From positions 160,001-224,000 of the forward strand of contig JAEOSU010000051.1 of assembly GCA_016840165.1 (NCBI GenBank): a stretch of 64,000 nucleotides of DNA. The letters run 5' to 3'. The notes beneath the pieces are model-generated. The model was not told the DNA's origin. It searched no databases and worked only from the letters and a program-made list of their open reading frames with translations. Both the position numbers and the translations under genes were made by a program. Positions 18,932 through 27,707 of this stretch are shown here, one piece after another (position 1 is the first letter of the stretch; every line of letters starts with the position of its first letter). Source of the DNA: Promethearchaeota archaeon (GTDB taxonomy: Archaea; Asgardarchaeota; Lokiarchaeia; Sigyniarchaeales; SOKP01).

Positions 18932-21900
18932 TTAATCTAATATACTAAATTTTTTGCTTTTATGCTCAAACTTCCTTAAAACATATCCTTCTTTTGCTAA
19001 AATATCCTTAACTTCCTCTTTTTCTCTCGGTATTAATTTTACACCTTTACATTTTTTACAGTAATAATTATCTGCTGGATCATCCTTAAAATACCATTTA
19101 TTACAATTTAAACAATTATAAGCTACATAGAGAGTGTCATGTTCACATACAGGACAAATATAATCAAAATTCTTTGACTCAAACCATGAATCACAGTATT
19201 TGCAATGTAATGTTAAGAGACGCTCTTGAGTAAATTCAGACTCAATAATCTCTATGCGCTTAATTACTTGATCTTTATCAATATCTTTTATTCTTAAATC
19301 TTCAGCATTAATATTTCTCAACCGATTAATCCATAATTTTCCTTTTTTTTCTGCTAAGATGAAAAGCACTATCCCTATAAGTACAGTTCCAACTATTATG
19401 ATAATCCATGGACCCCAATTATGCCAATTAATAAAACCATTTTCTACTATCACTATAATAAATTGCTCTGCTCGATTTCCTTCCTCATCAAATGCAATAA
19501 TTTTAAGTTCATATGAGCCATCAATGGAATAGGTAGTATCCCAGTTATAACTAAAGATTCCCGTCGTTTCATTGTAATTATAGTCCTGTCTGACGACTAA
19601 ATTATCATTTAAATATAAATATATTCTTGAGGTATCAATTTTGGCATTATCTGTTATCATAGCTTCGACTTCAATCATAGAATTAACTACTTCATTACCC
19701 TTTGGTTTAAGAAACTCAATTAGAGGATCAATGAAATCTGTACTTTTATCAAATCCTAAATAAATGTCAGATAATAACCATCCTGAACCTGGTCCTAAAG
19801 GAAAGTCATTCGAACTAAGGGAAAACATAATCATTATTATCTCATTTTCATATTCGGATAAATCAATGCTTTCATTACCTGATAAAATCTCATCGTCATA
19901 ATAATAGACTTTAAGCACTTCCCAGGTTTCTCCAAAATTTTGAGAAATTGAAACGCTACAAGAATCAAGTTCCTCCTCCTCAATACCAAATTCAAGTTGA
20001 AGAGAAATATCATAGTAATATTGTAAGTATACCTTATGATTATTTTTTAATTGTAACGGCCGGGAAATTAATCTCATATCCCAATCCGTCCCATATCCTT
20101 GGTAAGACCCCCCAAATCCCTGTCCTAATCCACCATAAATATATGTTCTTTCAAAACGAGAGACCTCGTGCCAACTATTATCACCTTTTAACCAGGCTGT
20201 TTGTTCAGTTGGTATGGGAACACCTGTGACATAAAAGTCAGGAAAAAGTTGATTTGAGAATTGGTATCCTACTAGAGTTGAATTAATGTAAGTATTATAT
20301 TGTAGTATTGTTGGAATGGAAAGCGGAAATAAATTGTTATTTGGATTAAACCATTGAGAAGTATTAAGATATTCTCCATCGTATATATGAAATCTAAAAG
20401 ATTGATTAATGAAATCATGAATTGGCAAAGAACGAGTGAACTTAACTCCTTTATTGTCATTATTATCAGAACTCACATTCCAATCACCATATAAATTGAT
20501 CATCGAGTAATTATTATTGTTAATTTCAAGATGAATATATTCTGGATAATTTCCATCTCGATCGTAGTAATAACAAGAAAATTGATATGAGGAATATCGA
20601 GATTTATCAAAAGAATAAACGTCTTGGTTAAAATTAAAGAGATATTGAGGTGAATAGTGATTTGTATAGTTATATAAAGTAAAATAATCTAGCATAAATC
20701 CCTTATAATAGATAGGATCAAAATTTCCATCTAAATTACTAATAAATCTAAATTGGACATAATTTCCAACATATTCTGTCAAATTGAAATTCTCCATGAA
20801 CCAATCGCTCTCTTGGTTAGTGTAAGTTTCTAAGGTTATCCAACCTGTCCAATTTAAGTTGATTTGAAAGAAAATAAAATCTCCTCCATTAAGACTGGTT
20901 CTTAACCCCATTTTAACAAATGGCTGACTAATATTGGTATTTATTTGAGTTAAGTTAAATAATGGGCTAAATAACGTGCCATTTGGGTATGGGTCTTCAA
21001 TGCTATGGGGTTGATATGTATAGTTGGATGGATAATTATGATCCCTTCCGAAATAAGCAGAAGACCAATTATTGTTATATATTTTAGTTCTATTATCAAT
21101 TGAATTGTCTTGGGTTAGAAGAGCCCATCCTGTTCCATTAGAATACCAATTAGCTAAGCCATCATTGAAATCATGGACGTAAGGGAATGATTCACTATCC
21201 ATTGGAAACTCTATCGTTATTGTAAATGTATCTGATGCTGGAAACCTTAAATTATGAGCTCCATCACTGGCACTAAAATAATAATTATATATCCCGATTG
21301 ACGGAAATTCTATAAGTTCACTACGGAATTGAGCCCCGTCTGTATAATTATTATCAAATTCAAATAATTGAGAGAGTGTATAATTCTTTGAAGTTTCAAT
21401 AATATGTACTGAAACGTCTTGAGGAGGCACATTACTGATATCCGCATCAAAATAATCAATAAAAAACCAGTATTTATCAATAGTATAATTCTTAAGCGGC
21501 GAATTACCAAAAAATTCTTGTTGACTTATAATCGTTCCATTTTTTTCTCCTCCAAAAAACGTAATCTCAGGAATTTTTAACTCTGGAATATAAAAATTAT
21601 CAACAGTAGATATATTTATACTAAAATCACTTTCTCCTTCTATGGCTTTTACAATAATTATGCATTCTGTTTGATTATTTTTTGGAGTAAAGTAAAACGA
21701 ATCAAAATTACCATACCATTTTTGATTGGATTGCAATAATATCGGTTCTCCGTATTTATTTGTTTCATTTGAAAATAAAAACATAGTTAAATTACTCTCT
21801 GGACTAACGTTTGAGAGATTAAATTGATATTGGGTATCACTAATAAGATGAATCTTTCTAGCAAAAACATGATTCCCTAATGGATTAATTGATGAACTGA

Positions 21901-23713
21901 CTAAATGATCAGATATCATATCGCTTACATCTACAGATCTAGTTAAAGCATCAATTGCTGCTTGAATATTTAATCTACCATATCCTTCATGGATATCTTT
22001 GAGTGAATTTGGATTACCATTAAAAATTGAAGGAGAAAAAATGCTTTCATCAATATCTGTTCTTGGATCATCTTCTCTTTCAAGATTTGTTTCAGAGGCA
22101 GTCATCAATAAAATAGCTTTTAATATCTTAGACCATTTTGATAAATCTTGAACATTCCATTCATCCCAATCCCCCCATTTTGCATCAATTAAAATATTTA
22201 AAGCTGCAGAAACAATAGCCGCTGAAATGGATGTTCCTTGAAGTATAGTAGTTTCGTCTGAATTATGATCAGCACTAATTATTGAACGATGTCCAAAAAG
22301 ATAACTTCCTCCTGGAGCTAAAATGTCTGGTTTAATCATTTCACCTCCAATATTTTTCCCTACACTGCTATAAGAGCTAACTTGATCAATATCATTAGTC
22401 GAGCCAACTATGATACAATTTTTATTCATCGATAACCTATTAAGAGGGTTTGTTCCCTCGACTCCATAGTTTCCAGCAGCAATAACAACTAATATATTAT
22501 TATTTGATACTTCATTAATCACTCTATTAATAGCAACATAATCGTCTCCTAATGTTCCAATACTTAAGCACACCGCAACTATATGTTTTGTCACTCGATT
22601 TTGGATGACTCGCGATAAAGCACTTACAAGATCTGAGCTATAACCTTTCCCGGATTGGTTTATTATTTTATAAGATAATATTTGGGTTCCATTAGCAATC
22701 CCTGTAAAATGGTTGAAATTTTGGACCAAATTTTCTGGCAAAAAGGAGAGTGTTGCATTAAAGGAATAATTAGGAATCACTTCACTCTTTTTATGATATT
22801 TTAGAACAAGATCATAAATACCGCTATTCGAAACTTTATATTGAAATTCTTTGGAAATATCGGGATTAATATGTAGCGTTGAATTAATAAGTGTCGAGTT
22901 ATAATAGAGTTCAAACCACATTTTATCAATCTCAAGGATATTAAAATCACAAACTGACATTACTTTAAAAATAGAATCAATTTTTGAAAGATTTAGAGAG
23001 GAAAGTTTCATTGAATAATTCTTTGATTCAATAAATTCATCAAATAAATCTAAATGTGAATAATTCCCATATATATTTGTAATTGAAGGAGTTGTTGTAT
23101 CAAATGCTCTAGTTCCTGTTCCTGCAATAATAGACGATAAAAATGTACCATGTCCATTATCATCAGATATAGGATCACTATTAATGAAATTATACCATCC
23201 ACTGATTTTACCATCAAGAAAATCATGATCTGGGTTTACTCCACTATCAAGTACAGCAATAGAGGCGTTTATATCTCCATAAAAACCGTTTAGGCTCCAT
23301 GTAGAATTAGCAGCTTGACTTTGAGCTGCAGCATAATTCATTTGAACTTCTAAGATTTCATCTCTTTCAATATTGATATTTGAAAATTCTTGCTCATAAT
23401 CAGAAATATTTTCAAGAGGAAATATCCCCGCAAAACCAGAAAATTCATTAAATAAGCTGTCCCATTTTCTTTCATTATTAATTATTCCACCATAATACAA
23501 GAATCGCTCTTCAGCATATGAATCATAAGAAGAACTATTAAAAAATACAATAAGTGGGGCAAGTCCACTTTCTGCTCCTTCAACACTACCTTTTTCATCC
23601 GAAAATTGATAGAAAATATTATTATGAGTAATATTAGTCAAACTAAGGAAACCAGTATTAGTTAAAATAATACTACAAATGATAATGCTAAAAATAACAC
23701 GTTTTTTATTCAT
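18932..23713 (-). CDS. Membrane-anchored S8 subtilase with repeated extracellular beta-domains and a cytoplasmic zinc-ribbon tail
   Basis: Catalytic motifs AVLDSG, DNGHGT and QGTSISAA, oxyanion AAGN, KPDILAPG and EGYGRLN. N-terminal signal/TM, C-terminal TM (WIIIIVGTVLIGIVLFILA), then four CxxC. The likely start is ATG 23713, overlapping the upstream stop. Confidence 0.88.
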   Translation of the reverse strand: MNKKRVIFSIIICSIILTNTGFLSLTNITHNNIFYQFSDEKGSVEGAESGLAPLIVFFNSSSYDSYAEERFLYYGGIINNERKWDSLFNEFSGFAGIFPLENISDYEQEFSNINIERDEILEVQMNYAAAQSQAANSTWSLNGFYGDINASIAVLDSGVNPDHDFLDGKISGWYNFINSDPISDDNGHGTFLSSIIAGTGTRAFDTTTPSITNIYGNYSHLDLFDEFIESKNYSMKLSSLNLSKIDSIFKVMSVCDFNILEIDKMWFELYYNSTLINSTLHINPDISKEFQYKVSNSGIYDLVLKYHKKSEVIPNYSFNATLSFLPENLVQNFNHFTGIANGTQILSYKIINQSGKGYSSDLVSALSRVIQNRVTKHIVAVCLSIGTLGDDYVAINRVINEVSNNNILVVIAAGNYGVEGTNPLNRLSMNKNCIIVGSTNDIDQVSSYSSVGKNIGGEMIKPDILAPGGSYLFGHRSIISADHNSDETTILQGTSISAAIVSAALNILIDAKWGDWDEWNVQDLSKWSKILKAILLMTASETNLEREDDPRTDIDESIFSPSIFNGNPNSLKDIHEGYGRLNIQAAIDALTRSVDVSDMISDHLVSSSINPLGNHVFARKIHLISDTQYQFNLSNVSPESNLTMFLFSNETNKYGEPILLQSNQKWYGNFDSFYFTPKNNQTECIIIVKAIEGESDFSINISTVDNFYIPELKIPEITFFGGEKNGTIISQQEFFGNSPLKNYTIDKYWFFIDYFDADISNVPPQDVSVHIIETSKNYTLSQLFEFDNNYTDGAQFRSELIEFPSIGIYNYYFSASDGAHNLRFPASDTFTITIEFPMDSESFPYVHDFNDGLANWYSNGTGWALLTQDNSIDNRTKIYNNNWSSAYFGRDHNYPSNYTYQPHSIEDPYPNGTLFSPLFNLTQINTNISQPFVKMGLRTSLNGGDFIFFQINLNWTGWITLETYTNQESDWFMENFNLTEYVGNYVQFRFISNLDGNFDPIYYKGFMLDYFTLYNYTNHYSPQYLFNFNQDVYSFDKSRYSSYQFSCYYYDRDGNYPEYIHLEINNNNYSMINLYGDWNVSSDNNDNKGVKFTRSLPIHDFINQSFRFHIYDGEYLNTSQWFNPNNNLFPLSIPTILQYNTYINSTLVGYQFSNQLFPDFYVTGVPIPTEQTAWLKGDNSWHEVSRFERTYIYGGLGQGFGGSYQGYGTDWDMRLISRPLQLKNNHKVYLQYYYDISLQLEFGIEEEELDSCSVSISQNFGETWEVLKVYYYDDEILSGNESIDLSEYENEIIMIMFSLSSNDFPLGPGSGWLLSDIYLGFDKSTDFIDPLIEFLKPKGNEVVNSMIEVEAMITDNAKIDTSRIYLYLNDNLVVRQDYNYNETTGIFSYNWDTTYSIDGSYELKIIAFDEEGNRAEQFIIVIVENGFINWHNWGPWIIIIVGTVLIGIVLFILAEKKGKLWINRLRNINAEDLRIKDIDKDQVIKRIEIIESEFTQERLLTLHCKYCDSWFESKNFDYICPVCEHDTLYVAYNCLNCNKWYFKDDPADNYYCKKCKGVKLIPREKEEVKDILAKEGYVLRKFEHKSKKFSILD

Positions 23714-26700
23714 TTGAATCACCAAAATTTTCTTTTGGAATTTCTTGTAGATCATTCGGAGAAATTGTATGCGTACTGGAAATAGATTTGAAATAATCTC
23801 TTAAATTATATTCAATATTAAGGACGGTGGTACTAGAGGAATCCTGAAAAAGAGTTAATTCATAGCGTTGTTGTTCATATCTTTTAGAATGATATTTATG
23901 TTTTTGCCATAGGAAGCCAATAATGACAATAAATGCTCCCACTGAAGGTCCGATTACAAATAGATATTGGATAGTCTTCGGAATGATTACTTTTACTTGA
24001 ACTTCATTAGATTGATATTTTAATTTAGTAAGATAGTATTGTTCGATAAAAGCTGGTTTCAAATTTACTACTGCTTGAGTTTTAGCCTTTATTTTATATA
24101 CAAAACTAAGAGTTTCACCAGAATGTAAACAAGGGATCTCATTTACTAAATTTCCATCGATTAAATCAAAATCTATTCCAGTAAAACTGATCGTATCTTG
24201 TAAACTAACATCTTTAAGGCATATCGTACCAGAATTGATAACAGTTATATTAACAGAAATGATATCTCCAATTTCAATTTGGTTTTTATCAACAGATTTA
24301 ATGATTGTAAAATTGATTGTTCCCAGTATAATTGATTCTGAGTTTTTAATTTGAATTATTTTACTTTCTGGACTTTCAAAATAATTTATTGACGCATATA
24401 AATATGCCTTCCAATCTGTTTTATTCAGAGTTAGTACAAATGACTTTAGATGATTATATTCAATATCAATCAGATTAGAGGATAGATTGTATGGATAAAG
24501 ATCACCATATTTATCTCCTGTCCGAATAGTAAGTGAAGAGATGTTAAAACCTTCTATTCCCGAATTTCGAATCCCTATTGTCAAGTTAAATAGTTCTCCA
24601 ATTTGAGGATTATTATTTGAAGAGTTTAAATATATTTCTATTGTCTTCACATAAGGAAATCGAGTTTCATAGTCAATGGGCGAGGTAAAGAGAACTTCAT
24701 TAGGGTTGGCTGTTAAACTGGTAGAATTAATATTGGCGATGGTCTCATTATTTTCATATTCAATAGTAACTGAGTTGATTTTTGCCGTATTAGGACTATA
24801 AAAAGAAAAATTGAGCCGTTTCTCGGCATATGGAATTAAGTCAGATATATAATAGCTTAGTGTATTGTTGTCGAATAAGAAGTCATTAAACTGGTTTATT
24901 ATACCCGGTATTGTTAAAGAAACATTTACATCATAGGCTGTTTCTGTTCCAATATTTTTTAGAATTAAATGATAATTAAGAATCTCTCCTTGAGTGGTAC
25001 TATACTCGTCTAAATATCCATAAGCTATTATTGAGGCCATACTATAGGTGCTTAAAGTGATTGTATTGGATCTTCGTATATACTCTATATTACCACTCAT
25101 TGAACTATATATCATTCTTGAGCCTAATACTTGATATGAATTAACATCCCTATAGGAAAACTGAATGTCAATATTGTTTATAGAAATATTAAACTTATTG
25201 GATTCAGATGCTTTCACTCTTATCAATACACTATGATTTTCTCTTGTGTAGGGATCGAATATCCATTCTAATGATCCTTCATTTCTTTCAAATGAAAATT
25301 CGAATGTACTATTTGTGTCTGAACTTGAAAAGTTATCTAAGTTCAGGTAAGTTTCTGAAGAGTAATTAAAAACTTCAAAAGTTAGATCACTAGTTAGATC
25401 AGTCAAATTCGCAATAATTGAAATTCGATCTAAGGAATAATTCTTAAAATCTATTGCACTTGTATTTTTAAAAAGAAATTGAATATCAATTTCATTATAA
25501 CCTATATACTTCTCTTCAGATTCGATAATCCAATCATCATTATCATTTTCTAACGCCATTTGCGGATTAGTTCCTGAAATTGTATTGCCAGAGATAATAT
25601 AAGGCAAACTTGGAAAACTTTCTCTTATTAAAAAACTATAATTGTAAAATGTTGTAAAGGAATCATATCCTTCAATTGAAAAGTTGGAGAATTCATAGAA
25701 TATTTTTTCCCCAGGATTTAAATACCAATTATGTTCATTCCAAATACTTTCTTGATTTCCAAATGTTGTGCGTAAATCATTAACACTAACACCGACTAGG
25801 GGTGCTGCTAAAGAATCTAGCAATGCTTGGTAAGATGAAGTCATTATAGTGATAACATTATCCATTTTTTCGTTATAGGGTAATATGTTTGTTAAATTTA
25901 GTAAATCTGGAAAATAATAATCTACGGTTCCTGCACCTGTAGTGTCAAAGTAAAAAATCCGTGGATCTTCATCAAAGTTGAAAAAATCCTCAAGAGAACT
26001 ATATTCACCAGAATATACTACACTCACAATTTCCCAGATGGCATCCTTAAGATCTTCATCAAGATTCAATGCTGTCCCTACTGGTCCAACGATTAAACTA
26101 AATGCATCGTCCAGATCTATTGGAATTTTTGTTGGATTTCCCCATGCTGTATTATTTCCTACATTTTCCGCTGTAATATTAAATGAGAAAGTATTATAGA
26201 CGCCATATGACGTGTTATCTCCAATTAAATCCTTCTTTATTAGGATCGACGGTTCATCATAGCCAATAACATATGAAACTGTAAAATCTGCTATTGGATT
26301 TAAAATACCAGCTGGGAGTCCTTCAATTCCTTGGAAACCAATAATGGATAAAAAGTTCACATAATCCGCAGGATCATTTAAGTTAACGGGTTTTACAAAA
26401 TTTCGTTTAATTCCTTCATAATCCATCCAAAAAAGCTCAAGAGAATAGTCTTCTAAGGAGCTAACATCAAAATCTACTTCTGCATAAAATAGTATCGTGT
26501 CAATTTGTTCTAGCAAAAAACTATAAAGATCAAAATATTTTGGAGTCATATCTGTAATTTCAGTACACATAATATTAACATTAATATTACTTATGAATGC
26601 CCCTATTAATGAAATAAAGATTTTCTCACTGGGTCGTAAAGCATCCCCTTTATAATTTAGCGCATTCCACAAATTAAATTGGTACTCATTTTCGTCTACT

Positions 26701-27689
26701 TCCGTAATTCCCTCATCGGTACCTTCATATTGAACCATTAAATTAACATAATTCGATTGATTACTTAGCGTAAACCCCTCAAATACGTCAATTAATCCTG
26801 CCATATCCGTGTCTGACTCATTATTTCCAATTAAATCTGTGAAATTTCCAAATATTGCTGGGTAATCCAATAATACATTGGTAAACTGTTCAAAGATACT
26901 TTCTACATTAAATGATTCCAAATAAGACAGATCTAATGACTCTATATTAAAATCTATTTGATCTATTGATGCAAGAAAATCTTTTTCAAGAAGATCTAAT
27001 GAATTAATTAGCAAAAAGGTAGAAGAAAGATGTTTGGACTTCAAATATCCATCAGAAGTAAGTCTCTCTACATCTAATGCTTTCCAATAACCATCCATGG
27101 GTAGATTTCCTATTATTTCTCTCATATAAACATTCCAATCTGGAAAATATCCAATAAAAGGAAAGAAGTAAGGATTTGTGGATGCAACTGTAATCAAATC
27201 AATTTCGAATTTTCTTTTAAGGATCTCAAGTGCTCTTTCCGCTCTTATCTCAACTTCGGATTGGGATAAAGAATCTTCATAGTATAAAAATCCAGAAAAA
27301 CCATTGAATGTCATACTAAATTGAATAGGTATATCATTCTCAGTAATTACCTTTGGAAATATTTCTGGAATAATTCCATTTGAAACAGAAAAGAGCAGGT
27401 TACATTTGAAAAAAGCAGGATCTCTCGTATCAAATTGAGGCAAAATGCTTGTATCATTTGAAAAGAACGATTGTTTGATTACAGATTTATTTCCCGCTAC
27501 AAAAGCATCAATATTTTCAGCATATAAGTCAGTTCCTGCGATATCATTTGTGTATAAGTTTTCTATCCCTAAATCATTTTTAACTCTATGACTAAGTAGA
27601 TTACTATTATAGCCTCGAATATGAATTGAAATTGAAAAAAGACTAATTGCTATCAAAATGATAACCGTTATTTGTTTTTTTCGCAACAT
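23706..27689 (-). CDS. Large membrane-anchored surface protein with DUF11/CARDB/BatD-like Ig repeats
   Basis: N-terminal signal/TM. Repeated G[ED]x..(I/L)xN[IS]G modules (GEILNYHLILKNIG, GELFNLTIGIRNSG, GDIISVNITVINSG). Many N-x-S/T sequons. C-terminal TM plus a short tail. Confidence 0.7.
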   Translation of the reverse strand: MLRKKQITVIILIAISLFSISIHIRGYNSNLLSHRVKNDLGIENLYTNDIAGTDLYAENIDAFVAGNKSVIKQSFFSNDTSILPQFDTRDPAFFKCNLLFSVSNGIIPEIFPKVITENDIPIQFSMTFNGFSGFLYYEDSLSQSEVEIRAERALEILKRKFEIDLITVASTNPYFFPFIGYFPDWNVYMREIIGNLPMDGYWKALDVERLTSDGYLKSKHLSSTFLLINSLDLLEKDFLASIDQIDFNIESLDLSYLESFNVESIFEQFTNVLLDYPAIFGNFTDLIGNNESDTDMAGLIDVFEGFTLSNQSNYVNLMVQYEGTDEGITEVDENEYQFNLWNALNYKGDALRPSEKIFISLIGAFISNINVNIMCTEITDMTPKYFDLYSFLLEQIDTILFYAEVDFDVSSLEDYSLELFWMDYEGIKRNFVKPVNLNDPADYVNFLSIIGFQGIEGLPAGILNPIADFTVSYVIGYDEPSILIKKDLIGDNTSYGVYNTFSFNITAENVGNNTAWGNPTKIPIDLDDAFSLIVGPVGTALNLDEDLKDAIWEIVSVVYSGEYSSLEDFFNFDEDPRIFYFDTTGAGTVDYYFPDLLNLTNILPYNEKMDNVITIMTSSYQALLDSLAAPLVGVSVNDLRTTFGNQESIWNEHNWYLNPGEKIFYEFSNFSIEGYDSFTTFYNYSFLIRESFPSLPYIISGNTISGTNPQMALENDNDDWIIESEEKYIGYNEIDIQFLFKNTSAIDFKNYSLDRISIIANLTDLTSDLTFEVFNYSSETYLNLDNFSSSDTNSTFEFSFERNEGSLEWIFDPYTRENHSVLIRVKASESNKFNISINNIDIQFSYRDVNSYQVLGSRMIYSSMSGNIEYIRRSNTITLSTYSMASIIAYGYLDEYSTTQGEILNYHLILKNIGTETAYDVNVSLTIPGIINQFNDFLFDNNTLSYYISDLIPYAEKRLNFSFYSPNTAKINSVTIEYENNETIANINSTSLTANPNEVLFTSPIDYETRFPYVKTIEIYLNSSNNNPQIGELFNLTIGIRNSGIEGFNISSLTIRTGDKYGDLYPYNLSSNLIDIEYNHLKSFVLTLNKTDWKAYLYASINYFESPESKIIQIKNSESIILGTINFTIIKSVDKNQIEIGDIISVNITVINSGTICLKDVSLQDTISFTGIDFDLIDGNLVNEIPCLHSGETLSFVYKIKAKTQAVVNLKPAFIEQYYLTKLKYQSNEVQVKVIIPKTIQYLFVIGPSVGAFIVIIGFLWQKHKYHSKRYEQQRYELTLFQDSSSTTVLNIEYNLRDYFKSISSTHTISPNDLQEIPKENFGDSNE

Positions 27690-27707
27690 TTTTTTTAAAT
27701 ATTCCTT

